Positions 1-12,719 of a DNA stretch of 64,000 bases are shown one piece after another. The stretch comes from Octopus vulgaris (lineage: Eukaryota). Position 1 is the first letter of the stretch, and each line of letters begins with the position of its first letter. The stretch covers positions 166,780,001 through 166,844,000 of the forward strand of contig OX597815.1 in NCBI GenBank assembly GCA_951406725.2, written 5' to 3'. The translations under genes were made by a program, and so were the position numbers. The notes under the pieces are model-generated. The model ran no database searches and was not told where the DNA came from. It saw nothing but the letters and a program-made list of their open reading frames with translations.

Positions 1-1020
1 CAGACAAAATAATTTTTAAAATTTTATTTCCTATTTTATTGACTATTGCAGTCTGCAGGATGTTTTATTCTGCAAAATAACCGTTTCCGTCTGTGCCTCT
101 TACCCGCACGTGTGTAAGTCAGTCTTTATTTTATTTATATTTTATTTCATTAAAATTTTTTTTTTGGTGCACAAATAAATTAAGCCCACATACTAACTGT
201 AACGATAATAAGAATACTAAATTTCCAGTCCCTTGAAAAATTGTCTTGCATAAAACCGCTGCGTGATACAAAAAAAGTCAGAGGGCCTCTTATGTAGAAA
301 ACCCAGTCTTTGAATACAAATTTGGGAATATTATATGAAGATGCTGTGAGATGTTGTCAGAAAACTTCCAATTAATGAAGGAATTAGGTGTCGTGCTCGT
401 GCGTAAGGAGTTGCTTCATTGACGTGTATAGTGATTTTGTCTGAAATCTCTGGTCAATGAAGCAGTAAACGTCATCTGTGTTTTAATTGCATGTTGAAGA
501 TACATATGCGTGGAAGGTTAAGGAAGAGCGAAATGTTGTATGATCCGAAATAGATGTGCGTGTTGCTCGAAGTGTTAGTGAACAGGTGGTTTATGTAAAT
601 TACAAAGTGTGTTGGTGAGGTAGCGGGCGACAAAACAAATCTGAGGCAGCTAGCCTTCACAGAATGTGGGTCAAACAGATTCTTTTCACTGCACTCTACA
701 GTGATGAGGCCTAAACCGTGAAATTTATGGTCCAAGAGGCAAGAAATTTATACGATTTCGTATGATTTTGTTAAAGTTATCAAAAATAAGGGAACAATGA
801 TTTGTAGCATTGCAAGTTTCCGGCAATTTTGGTTCTGAGAAAACCATAACTAATGGTCAGATCATAGACGAGAGAGAATGCGAAGTTGAAAATTGTGATT
901 GTTTAAGACTATTTTTTAGATCTTTATAGTAGTGTAATTAGATATGAAGGAAGCAAATATTGGTAAAAAGGTTGTCATTTTCGGGGATAGGCTGTTATGT
1001 GCTTTCAGAGATTGGGGTGT

Positions 1021-1230
1021 ATCTATTATATAAAATCCGTTCTGTCTATGTGTGTGTGTGTATCTTCTAGGATCTCGGGCATCCTCCATCCGATTGCGCT
1101 TAAATTTAATATGTAAATACTGACGGTATCAGGGCGTGTATAAGTCTTGAAAAAATTACAATGTGAGAATGCGATCGATAAAGTCGTTTTTGTCCTGCTT
1201 TTCTTTCGTCAACCTGTACATAACTGCACC
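1021..1230 (+). mobile_element. Non-autonomous Helitron-like element fragment
   Basis: Starts A|TCTATTATATAAAA followed by a TGTC/TG microsatellite and CATCCGATTGCGCTTAAATTT, the typical 5' TC Helitron/HINE layout. Confidence 0.45.
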
Positions 1231-1589
1231 TTCCATTTTTTGTTGTTATTGTACTGCTTAAAGGCACGTTTCTTTCCTGCCAAGTTTGCTGTTTAAACCA
1301 TGTTTGTGTTCTCCCAGTCAACAGCATTATCATTACTGGTACTTTAAACTCTTCAGTTGCATATTTGTGCGAATAAAATCGTTTTTCTTTGGAATAGAAA
1401 AAAAGTATATCTTTATTTCTTCTTTTGCCGGTGTCTCAAATTTAGGTAAATCAGTGTTTCTCAAAGGGGAGGCCTATGGGACGGTCGGACAAGTTGTTTT
1501 GAGAAAATTTGGTTTAAATGTTTGCAAACTCAGCTCCGTCCATTGGACGGGGGGCGTTTTGCTCGTTATACATATAAACTGGTATTGCG

Positions 1590-1775
1590 TCGGTTACAAC
1601 GACGGGGGTTCCAGATGATCCGATCAACAGAACAGCCTGCTCGTAAATTTAAAGGGCAAGTGGCCGAGTACTCCACAGACACGAGTATCCTTAATGTAGT
1701 ACTCAGAGAGATTCAGCGCGATACTGAATGAGACAAGACTGGCTCTGAAATACAATTTGCTCGTTTCTGAATATA
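1590..1775 (+). mobile_element. Probable SINE of a fourth family
   Basis: GATCCGATCAACAGAACAGCCTGCTCGT..GCAAGTGGCCGAGTACTCCACAGACACG. Recognised from memory as an octopus interspersed repeat; single copy in this window. Confidence 0.45.
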
Positions 1776-1977
1776 GAGAAAGATTGAAGCACTTTACAAG
1801 ATAATGAACTTTGTGTGGAGCAGAACGTCTGAGAATGTATTTTATCTTTTATCCTTTGCTTGTTTGAGTCTTTGAAATGCGGCCATGCAGAATCACCCCC
1901 CTCAACGTGTTTAGTCGAACAAATCGAGCCCATTACATATTTTAAAGCCTGGTACGCATACATTACTCATAGACACA

Positions 1978-2104
<127 letters not shown>

Positions 2105-2816
2105 GCGACGGGCTCCTTTCAGTGTCCGGCTACCACATTCACTCACAAAGTTTTAGTCGTTCCGATGCTATAACAGAAGGTCCTTTTCCAAGGTACCACA
2201 TGGTTAGCAAAGAAGTTCAAGTTTCTCACCAAAGCGACGGATTTGGTTGGAATGACCGGAGATGTTTTCGCATTTAATGACTGTGAAACGGCGTGGTAAG
2301 ACGGACAGAAGAGACTTGTATATATGATATGCGAAGTTGAAAGCAAAACGCCCAGTAAATACAAATTTTGATGAATAGAGATGATAATTACGGAATAATC
2401 TTTGTTGAATTGTTCAATATGTGGTTGGTAACATAATTCTGCAAAGTTTGCAAGAGGAATTAGAGATGCAGAGAAATGCATAAATGACAGTGTTTGCGTC
2501 CCTGATACATTTTTGCTACCACTACAGCGATAGGTTAACGTCTCTCAGTTTATGACGCTGTATGACTTTGGAAGACACAGAGATCAGAATTCTTTCTTTC
2601 CACACCTCCAGCGCAATTATTAAGCCGTTTGTTATTTAAGAGTAATAGCCTTGGTGATGTGAGAGATGTACAAAGTGACGATCAATTAATGGACCTGATT
2701 GAAAAGTATTGTTTCTGCCACGAGAGGACATTGCAATATCTCTGGATGTGACTATTTACAACAAACACAATTGAAGGAAATGAGAAGTTACTAGTTAACC
2801 TATCAATCAATTATTA

Positions 2817-3012
2817 TGTTGTGTCTGAGGAGAGCCATTTTCTTTTTGTGCCTTATAATTTAACACACTCACTAGTAAAATGACTATTGAAAAGGTTGCA
2901 AGACGCAACGAAAATTTTAGGAAAATAAAAATAAGAAATAAGTGGAAATTTTACCGGTGAGTGTGTTACATTATAAGGCACAAAAAGAAAATTAGTCTCC
3001 ACAGACACAACA
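2817..3012. repeat. Inverted repeat, ~65-bp arms (2817-2881 / 2948-3012), enclosing an HHR-like motif
   Basis: TTTTCTTTTTGTGCCTTATAAT.TAACACACTCAC versus GTGAGTGTGTTA.ATTATAAGGCACAAAAAGAAAA. Confidence 0.9.
2884..2920 (+). ncRNA. Hammerhead-like motif with U3:A8 core variant
   Basis: CUA-UUGAAAA-G-GUUGC aagac GCAAC-GAAA-AU-UU^-UAG. Stem II is a perfect 5 bp and stem III is palindromic AAUU. Confidence 0.5.
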
Positions 3013-4494
3013 CAACAGAACATGCTTCAACACACGAACTCATATAAATAATCTTGCAAACCAAATCCCAAAACGAAATAAATCAATTGTTAGAAAACAT
3101 CTTATTTCAATAGAGGTATTGCATATAGTTATACTGTTATTGGCACTGTTATACTATAAATCGTTGGTGTGGAGATGAGTCACTGCAATTTCTAGCGTCG
3201 AGTGTCCATCACTGACAAGACAAAGGAAATAGAAATCACGTGATCTGATGGTCTCAGCGCTGCAGATGGCGGGGATTTTTGTCCCCGCTAGAAATATAAA
3301 CAGGAGTGCATTTTGCCAATATGTGAGTTTCTCTCACGGAGTTTGTTTTAGCAGAATATTCACGTCTAAAAGGGGATAAATATTACCTCTCATTGCATAT
3401 AGTTTACTTCAATTCTTTTCCGTGACAGAAACAATACTTTTCAATCATTTCCTAATGGAGATGGTCTCAACTATTTAGCTATCTGAGATAGTTTAAAAGG
3501 TAAAGCATATATGTTATAAAGAAAAGTGAAATTAGTAAAACTACAGCATAAAATAATTGAAAGGATGGGGAGGCGAAGGTAGGAATTGTTCTGCAATAAA
3601 ATTATGTAAAGTATGTTGCCTTGATTAGGCAGCAAGCAAACCGTTAAATTATGCTGATCGCTGAGTAAAGGCAAGATTTGAAGGTAGAGAATTACTATAT
3701 TGGTCGGTGTAGGTGATGATTATAACTAATATAATTAAAAAAAAACAACAAACGATTCACCTCTACATGGGTGGAAGCAATGTAACAGAAGTTCGAGAGC
3801 CATGTAAAATTGTTCTTACTTAGCTACATTTTAGCCCTGGTTGAACAAACCTATTATCAAAGGCATTCAACTTTGGCCGCCATGTTCCTTTATGCATCTA
3901 GCATCACTTTGTTCAATATTTGCTCCTCGTTTTAAGTCAGTAGATGGTGATTTGAGGAAATTTAGCTGATATTTGTAACACCATGTTCAATTGCTAGCCT
4001 TGAACTTTCTAGCTAGTTCAATTGCTAGCCTTGAACTTTCCTGTTGTTACTGTATTAAACCAAGCTCAAATCTGAAATAAAAGATCTAAGCTCAAACCCT
4101 AAACTAAGAGATCTAAGCTTAAGCCGCGACTATTCCATATTTTTGAGGTTATCTAAGTTTATCTAATGTGGCCTCCCGTTTTTAAGATGATAGTAAGGTT
4201 TGATCGGAGTGAAATGTGTCTATTGTTTTTACAAAGTTGGGAAACAATGTGCCGACTACCTCGTCGCTTCTAATCAAGACGTTCGTAGTAAAATCACAAA
4301 AGTATGATTACTACAATGAGCTAGATAGTTTCGTTTCATGACACGAGATAGAGTCAAATGACTGTTAACGGTTAGTACTTGAGACAACAGAGAATGTTAG
4401 ATGAATCATGAAGAGAGTAATGTGTGTGCGCGTGTGTGTATGTACGTATGTACGTACATGCATGCATACATGCATACATATATACATACATACA

Positions 4495-4560
<66 letters not shown>

Positions 4561-5358
4561 TATATATATATTCCATGAATCATGAAGAGAGTAGTGTGTG
4601 TATGTATGTACGTACGTACATGCATACGTACATATATACACACATAAACGTACACACACACACACATATTTGCATGGATATCTATATATAATTTCTGAGA
4701 GTCTACACTCTGTTTTCTTTCTTTCTCCATCCCTCAATAATCCTCTACACTTTCCGTTTTTCCCCCTCCTTCTTGGCTGTACTCTTTCTTCCACTCTCAA
4801 CTATCTTTCGTTCTTTCTCCCTTCTCCTCACTTCCATTGTGTTGTTTCCTCATCCTATCACTTGTCCCCATTCTCCTCTGCCTGTAGCTCACACGTGACT
4901 ACTGGCCGTTTCTCTCACCCCTGTCTTTTCTGGACAAGACATTCACCGGCTGGACGTCAATTCTCTCGCCTCTCGGCACTTTTTCTCTTCTACTATTTTC
5001 TTCTCTTCTAATTGTTCTATTTCCTTGAAAAAATTTCTCCCAGGCGTTACCCATTACAATTCGTTTTAGCCTAACGGCCCTTGGTGTTTGTCTTCGACGA
5101 TTGTTTACTTTGTACGTTCACTCTGTTGTTGTTTGTTCGAAACCCTAACTTTCCCCAAATTTTATATTTTTAAAATTTCTAGATGCTGCTGTCTTATGAA
5201 GTCTTCCTTTTTTGTTAAGAGCAAGAAATAGGGAGTAGTAAAACAGTCGACAACTGACGAGCGAGTTAGTTTCCTTTTGGTATTTTGTCCTGTACTTATC
5301 TCGCGTGTGTTTACGTATTTTTCACCCGTTGGTGATGTCCTGTACTTAATGTGTATTT

Positions 5359-5445
<87 letters not shown>

Positions 5446-5493
5446 GTATATGTATGTATGTATGTATAAATTTATATAAATAGGGATAAGATC

Positions 5494-5536
5494 ATACAGT
5501 TTCGGCTGATATACCCTCCAGCTTTTATCAGGTATC
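5494..5536 (-). ncRNA. Degenerate copy of the 6519 hammerhead (G8A, stem III deletion)
   Basis: GAUAC-CUGAUAA-AAGCUGG agggUAUA UCAGCC-GAAAC-U-GUAUG. The flanks are homologous to 6525-6600. Confidence 0.6.
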
Positions 5537-5946
5537 TTGGGGAAATTTCGAACCTGAGTTCTCATTCCTAAGGTATTTTTCGGCGTACTTATTATTATTA
5601 TTGGGGGATAAACAAGATGAGGACAAATATCCGTCAAATGTAAATAATGTAAATATGGATAAGATCGTTATTTAAAATAGCGATTATATATAGGGGTCAG
5701 CATGGGAATAAAAACCTTATAGGTAATAATTATTATTAAAATTATAATTAAGTGTATCTAAAAGATACCACTATGCTAGAGATAGCAGTCAAAACTTGAC
5801 TTTAAAACTGCACCAAGTATTCATACAGAACCTGGAGAAAAGACAAATACACAAATAAACTCGCAAAAAATTATTGGATAATCCCAGATCTAAATATCAG
5901 GCTTTGCATAAAATGTACTTTGCATCATCACAGATAGTACATAGTT

Positions 5947-5993
<47 letters not shown>

Positions 5994-6518
5994 ATCCACA
6001 CACTTGTATTACATTAATCTCTTCATCATTCCTCTAGCGTCCTTTGTCTCAACATTAAGTATCACGTTATTTGATTCTCTCCCTCAGCTTCTGTCTGCTT
6101 CTATATGCACACGTACACACATATATATATATACATGCATATATACATAAATATATATTTACGAAAAAAGTGGAGGCACGTGGCTTAGTGGTTAGAAGTA
6201 TTCGACTAAATAAATGTGGTTTCGATTTCAGGACCGGGCGATGCGTTGTGATCGTATGCAAACACTTCATTTCACGTTGCTCCTGTTCCACTCTGCTGTC
6301 AATAATGAGTATGCCTGCGAGGGACCGGCGTCCTCTCCATGGGACGCTCCCCCCAAAAGAAAACTGGGAAACCGGTCTTATGAATCTACATGACTCAAGT
6401 TTATCCTCGCCTATTTTTTTTTAACACAAAACGGACACACAGTTCTATATTTAAGAGATGAAGAATTATGTACATAATTCGCATTTGACGGATATTTGTC
6501 CTCATCTTGTTTGTTGTT

Positions 6519-6564
6519 AACACAACGTTTCGCCTGATATAACCTCCAGCCTTCATCAGGTGTC
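6519..6564 (-). ncRNA. Minimal type I hammerhead ribozyme (PLE pLTR type)
   Basis: Minus strand: GACAC-CUGAUGA-A-GGCUGG aggUUAUA UCAGGC-GAAA-CG-UU^-GUGUU. Stem I GACAC/GUGUU, palindromic stem III ACGU. It lies downstream of a PLE RT/GIY-YIG fragment. Confidence 0.8.
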
Positions 6565-6644
6565 TTGGGAAAATTTCGAACCTGGGTTCTCATTCCTATG
6601 TTGTTGTTGTTGTCATTATTTTTATTATTATTATTATTATTATT

Positions 6645-6712
6645 ATTCTGGAATCGAACTCGGAGTCTGGGGGTTAGTAGCCCGCGCTTTTAACCACTAC
6701 GCCATATACCCG
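6645..6712 (-). other. tRNA-derived (SINE-head-like) segment inside the PLE 3' region
   Basis: TGGCGTAGTGGTTAA (A box) ... GAGTTCGATTCC (B box). No complete acceptor stem, so not a tRNA gene. Confidence 0.55.
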
Positions 6713-8139
6713 TGGGCAATTATAGAGTGAATTTTTAGGGCTTATAAATCTAATATTTTCCTATCCGCTCTTAATACCGGTTCCCATATGCTATTCATAT
6801 CTGCACTCGGTCTGCTTAGGAGGTTGTTGTGTCATAGCATATGTGCTGCTTCTTTTAGTTTTCGTATTTTCCAGTCTTTAATCATATTCTCTTCTATTGA
6901 AGGTTTTACCCGAAGGATATATTTGCGAAGTGTTGTTTTACTCTTGAATACTGTCCTGATGTCATATGGGCCGCATATCTTTTGTATCTTTTCGGAGAAG
7001 CCTTACACATAGAGTAGACCGAGTGGAGACAGTTTATTGATTTCATCCTCTCTTTTCTTCATAATTGGAGTAGATAGTATGTTTTTGGTGTAGTTGTTGA
7101 TTAATAAATTGCTACTGAGCTTGATCATTTCTTCGTGGTGGATATCATGATCGTTGCTTATAGTCTCGGCTCGATATTTTAGGCACTGAGTAATCTCTCT
7201 CTTTACACTGTATTGATGGTGGAAATTTAAATTAAGGTATCGTCCAGTGAAGGTCGGCTTGTGGTATACGGATGTCCTGAATCCATACTTGGTGCGTGTT
7301 ATTAATACGTCCAGGGATGCGAGCTGATTGTCTTTTTTCTTTTTACATTGTGAACTGTAGGGATGGCTATGAGTTCATATAATCTAATTGCACTTGAAAA
7401 TCTTCCTGGTGGGGCCATAGTATAAAGGTGTCATCAGTATATCGCAGTCATAGGGTTGGTTTTAAAGTTGAATAATGTAAAGACATTTTCGTCAGTCTTC
7501 CAGTTTTTCTCGAACTTATTATTATGGGGACACCATGGATATATACGAAATCATACCTCCAACCCACTCACATTGGCTCCTTCCAACTTGTAAATACCTT
7601 CTTGTGAGGAGGAGTAAATAAAAACTAGCAAAAACAGACACAATAAAAATGTTACAATGCTACATCCGCTCTGAACAAGCAGCACAATCATGACAACATC
7701 ATCGAACCTTTACCAAACTAAGATAAATCCCCAACAATAATTCTCCCATCACATACAGCCACCTCTACAAAACGAAAACACACACAAGATGAGGAACAGC
7801 AGGTAAACAAAAAGAAAACAATATCAACAAAACATACCTACCACAAACTTTGAGCTGATAAGGAGCTCTAAAAGAAAACAGGTGTCCTTCACCTTCACCG
7901 CACAAAGGGAGAATATTGAAACTGAGAAAGAGCCCTTCAGGTCCAGCGCTTACAAAGTGCCAAATGATTTGAAATTTAGGCAGGGCTTGGAAACATACGA
8001 AGAATTGAGGAAGAATTTCATCATTGATCTGGGGAACCCGAGTGCAAGTGACAGCAGTAGGCTCCTAAACGACTCCCCAAAGCAATCTTACAATTTGATG
8101 GAGACCGAGTTACTCGGTCTCTGGGTCCAGAAAACTGTC

Positions 8140-8825
8140 CGCACAGCTCCAGTGATTACAGGTACAGTTGCTGTTCTTAGGTGTTTCATTTTTAAAACCT
8201 ATGAACTTACTTTATTTTGTAAATAATTTTACAGAGGTGTTGCAGTCTGCTGGGATTGATATCTATAAGCAGACATATGTTGTCAACATGAATTGTTACC
8301 ACAATACCTGGTCTGTTGCCCCAAGAATAATAGGTAATGTTGTTGTTTTGAGATGCTACATTCTTCCGATTTCAATCTCCGGATCTTTATATTTACTCAG
8401 ATTTTCAAAGGTTTTCAGAGAAGTACTTTTGTCGGCTGGGCCCTGCAACATCAATCAGAAGACAAGTCTTTTCAATATGATTTTACACAATCAGATCAGG
8501 TTGGTTTGCTTGTATATCCTGATCAGTCGCAAATTAATAATCTCGTTTAATTTACTTTCTATCAAATTATGTAACCTCAGACAACACTTTCCGCAGGATA
8601 TTTACTGTTCCCAAAAATATTGTCTTTTAAAATGTGGTAATGTTGGGAGATTTTTTTGTTACCGACTCTCAAGTGTTCCAGTATCAATTGGTACCACTCT
8701 TAGTTTCATATTCCACATTCTCTCGACACCTATTTTCAAGTCTGCATATTTTACAATTTTCTCTTTTCTTTGTCGTTAATATAATAATCCGGGAAAGCTA
8801 CATCGATCAACAAACACCTCTTTAC
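8140..8825 (-). mobile_element. Three tandem decayed C-terminal REL-endonuclease fragments of R4/Dong-like non-LTR retrotransposons
   Basis: Minus translations: CLLIDISIPADCNTSVK..VPVITGA (8140-8285); QANQPDLIV..TCLLIDV..LSKYKDPEIEIGRM..TLPIILGA (8310-8560); CLLIDVAFP..VKYADLKIGVERMWNMKLRVVPIDTGTL (8665-8822). Confidence 0.75.
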
Positions 8826-8881
8826 AGCACAGTGTCTGACTTTACATGTTCAAATTCTCTGTCTGGACTGTTAAGTCTCTA

Positions 8882-9353
8882 GGAGATGGGCAGAATCGTT
8901 AGCACGCTGGACAAAATGCGTAGCAGTATTTCATCCATCTTTAAGTTTTGAGCTCAAATTCCGCCGAGGTCGACTTTGCCTTTATTCTTTCAGAGTCGAT
9001 AAAATAAGTACCAGTTGAGCACTAGGGTCGATGTAACCGACATATACCCTCACTTGAAATTTCTGGCCTAGTACCAAAATTTGAAACCATTATTAAGGTA
9101 GTGAGCCGGCAGAATCGGCTAGTCCCCTCCCCCAAAATCTCAGACAAAGTCGGAATCGTTTGCATTCCAATCAAAATGCTTAGCGGTATTTCGTCCGTCT
9201 TTATGTTCTGAGTTAAAATTCGCCTTTTATCCCTTGGTCTTTCATCCCTTGGGTGTCGATAAAATAAGTACCAGTTGATCACTGGGGTCGATGTAATCGA
9301 CATAACCCTCCCCCGAAATTGCTAGCCTTGTGCCAAAATTTGAAACCATAATA
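8882..9353 (+). mobile_element. SINE family A, tandem copies (others ~10763-10993+, 38480-38650-, 41010-41220-, 41381-41580+, 48170-48340-, 49115-49335-, 53640-54265- x3, 58830-59275- x2, 63352-63570+)
   Basis: tRNA-like head GAGCTGGCAGAATCGTTAGC...GAGTTCAAATTCC, core GTCGACTTTGCCTTTCATCCTTTCGGGGTCGATAAAATAAGTACCAG, often abutting (AAT)n. Confidence 0.85.
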
Positions 9354-9865
9354 GGTTTTAGTCGCTTCTTCTTCTTCTAGTGAACCGATCCTGCTGTCTC
9401 CTGAAGTTGTCAAGATGCTTTCTGCTGGCTTTCGCTTGTAAACGTTTGTAGAAAAACAACTGTCCTACGAATCTAATTACGATTATGGACCTATATTTGA
9501 CTTTGATAAAGCACACAGCCGAAAATTGAATAATATATTATTTCCGGAACACAGTGTTTATATTTGACAACATATAGTTAGTTTTGATTAATTTCGGAAT
9601 ATTTCTAGCTATATTAATGTCACCAGGAACAATATCATCATAGTGAAGTCTAAAAATATGTTATAAAGCTTTTAATAACATCATTTTATTTTAAATGCTT
9701 CAAATATTTCATTAAAATTTTCAGCACTGCCTCAACTTAGCATATAGTGCATCACGTTTTCACTCATAAATAGACAGATCCCTGGCTAACTTGTTGAATA
9801 GATTGGCTAATAAATAAGTTGAGGTCTGTATAACTTTCAGCCCAGACAGCAATCCCTATACACTG

Positions 9866-10333
9866 CATATTAGTTGCATTGAGACAACGAATGATCCTCT
9901 GTCTAGTCACTCAACCGGCTTGAAATAGCAATCAAATTACACTCATGTCATACCCACCGACTTAAAAAACGTATATATACATATATGTACATATATATAT
10001 ATTCATATATATACATATACGTATATATATGCATATATGCCCACATATACATACGTATTCTGTGGTATATGTATACAATTTCTTTCTACATGTTGATACT
10101 AATCGATGAAATAATATCGAATCATATGCAGACCGATGCACCACTCTCTAAATTTCATTTCATAGAGTTAAACATCTGAAGTGAAATAATCTGTAACCAA
10201 GATAAAAAAATCCCCCAAAAGACTCTATCATATTAGTTGCATTGAGACAACGAAGGATCCCCCGCCTAGTTACTCAACTGGCTTGAAATAGCAGTCAAAT
10301 TGCACTCATGTCATACTCACTGACTTACAAAAC
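9866..10333 (+). repeat. ~105-bp direct repeats (9866-9970 / 10229-10333) flanking a copy of 14340-14545
   Basis: CATATTAGTTGCATTGAGACAACGAA.GATCC...GACTTA.AAAAC occurs twice. The insert matches TCTGTGGTATATGTATACAA...GTGAAATAATCTGT.ACCAAG...GACTCT. Confidence 0.9.
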
Positions 10334-11881
10334 AGAAAGAACTTATTAGTTAATGTAAGTTTAGTTAATCCTAAAATATGCATGGTCACGCTAGAGATCA
10401 CTTCTTATCTACTCAATTGACATGCATTTTTTCTCAGACTAAAGAACATTGGTTTGAAATCGAATGTTTTTTTTTGTCTAATCTATAATGCATAATTATC
10501 TCTATCTTTGGTTGTTGACATGTAGGTAAAATTTCGCCAGTATACGCATTGCACGATATCAATTGACAAGATATCTTCTTACATCTATACCATTGGTAGT
10601 CTTATATTTTCTTTTGCCTTCTTTCACTTGTTTCACTCATTTAGTCGAATAGATCGATCTCAGTACTTCTTTGTCTTTTGAGTATAGCACTTAAACTATC
10701 GGTCACTTTTGCTGAGCTGCTAAATTAAGATGTAAGCAAAACAACACCAGTTGTTAGGTAGTAAGGCGAGCTGACAGAATCGTTAGCATGCTGGGCGAAA
10801 TGCTTAGCGGTATTTCGTCTGCCGCTACGTTCTGAGTACAAATTCCGCCGGGGTCGACTTTGCCTTTCATCCTTCCGGGGTCGATAAAAATGTACCAGTT
10901 ACGCACTGGGGTCGATATAATCGACTTAATCCGTTTGTCCGTCCTTGTTTTTTCCCCTCTCTGTGTAGCCGCTTGTGGGCAGTAAAGAAACAAGTAGGGG
11001 TGGGGACAAACACAAACACAAAATACACACACATAATGACTAACTTCAACATAGATTCTGTCTACCAAATTCACCGAGGAGGCACTGGGCAGCCCAGAGC
11101 GACAATAGAAAACACTTGCCCAGGATACCACGCAGTAAAACTGAACCCGAAATCACGTGATTGCAAAGCGAGCTTTTTAAGCACACAGCCATGTCTGCAT
11201 GTGGGTAAATTTTGAACTTGACTAGATTTTAAGGCTGTTATACTACTACGGTAATAGATTGTAAGTGCTATTTTTTCAAAATTCAAGATGAATTTTCCAG
11301 CTTTTCTGTAAAAACTTTAATTTCTTATTATGTATGAATCCTTACAAAACTTTTTTCATGGTCGCTAAGTAACAAGTCTAGTTTTCGGAATAACTAGGAA
11401 ACCAATCTACTTGTATTTGCTTTAGTTATAGAATTCCTAATAAAGATTCTAGATGTTTAAAGTCGTTCAATATTAGAAGTAGAAATTGCACATTTCAGCT
11501 ACCATTATAATCTTAGATAAAAACTGAGAGCGATCATGTGCACTTATTTGCTAGCAGAAAGTCAATGCCAAGGGTCCTACCGATGAAGTCTTTCTATACT
11601 AGATTCACTGAGATAAGGCTCAAGTCTGGCTTCATGCATTTTCAGTTCGCAAAATAACACACACACACACATGCACACACATATTCACACATAGTGAATA
11701 ATTCTCGACCGGTGCTTTCGGGGAATGACAGTCCCTGTCAATTCATATGTATACAATTATGTGGTTTGACTACAGTATTAGAACATTTTAGCTCTTATTT
11801 CTAGCAATGTAGGTTTTCTAACACCCTACTCATGCATAGTGATAATTATAGTTATACTTTTTGACAACACATTGCACACCG

Positions 11882-11935
<54 letters not shown>

Positions 11936-11950
11936 ATATATAATATATAC

Positions 11951-12033
<83 letters not shown>

Positions 12034-12526
12034 AGGCAACAGGTTGCTTGACCGCATACCGAAAAAATAAAAATAGCAGTCAAGAATGCTTATTTCTATC
12101 AAAGTTGGACAAAATTTTGGAGGGAAGATTTACGAATTCAAACGTCTATGTAGGTTTAGCTTTTGCTCACTTTCTTCAAATATTTTGATGTCGCATGGTC
12201 AGAAGGTTTGAGGTACGTAGCATTTGATAAATCTATGATAAATCTTTTTCAATGGAAAGCTGTGCTGAAGAAGGATGTGAAATATATATGCAATGTATAT
12301 GAAATATATATCAAAAATATATATGAAATATATATTCAATATGTTTATAATCCAGAAACATGATGTTCACAGATAACCACCAGACTTCGTTTTCGTTATC
12401 TATTCCTTCTGTTTTGCATATGTGAATTACAGGGTTTGTCGTGCCCGGAGTCCAACTTTGATAGAAATAAGCATTCTTGACTGCTATTTCTATTTTTTCG
12501 GTATGCGGTCAAGCAACCTGTTGCCT
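12034..12526. repeat. Inverted repeat, 77-bp arms (12034-12110 / 12450-12526), enclosing an HHR
   Basis: AGGCAACAGGTTGCTTGACCGCATACCG...AAAGTTGGAC versus its near-perfect reverse complement. Confidence 0.93.
12260..12372 (+). ncRNA. Type I hammerhead ribozyme with expanded stem II
   Basis: CUGUG-CUGAAGA-A-GGAU...(~73 nt AT-rich)...AUCC-A-GAAA-CAUGAUG-UU^-CACAG. Stem I CUGUG/CACAG is perfect, and stem III is ACAU/AUGU. Confidence 0.7.
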
Positions 12527-12719
12527 GTCCCTTTTTCTTATATACAATATATATACTGAACTTTTATCGTCTATTGTAGAAGACACTTGTCCAAGGTATC
12601 ACGCAGCGGGACTGAACCATGTGGTTGGTAAGCAAGCTTCTTACCACACAGCCACGCTTATAATTCACACAATACAAATATAATTGATTGATAGACGTCA
12701 ATATAAAAAAATTAATAAC

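Larger units (their letters stand above)
6440..7470 (-). mobile_element. Penelope-like retroelement 3' fragment (decayed RT, thumb, GIY-YIG end, pLTR with HHR)
   Basis: Minus-strand translation with stops: LRYTDDTFILWP ... QFTM ... LDVLITR..GFRTSVYHKPTFTGRYLN ... DWKIRKLKEAAHM. These are typical PLE motifs. Confidence 0.85.

Noticed and set aside
3985-4041. Short tandem duplications (also 4401/4575, 13843, 20870/21040, 50903)
   Set aside because: Only two units each with no spacers; ordinary slippage, not CRISPR-like arrays.
5190-5252. HHR-like UGUC-UUAUGAAG...GUAAAACAGUC-GACA
   Set aside because: The core is too degenerate to call; possibly a decayed pLTR.
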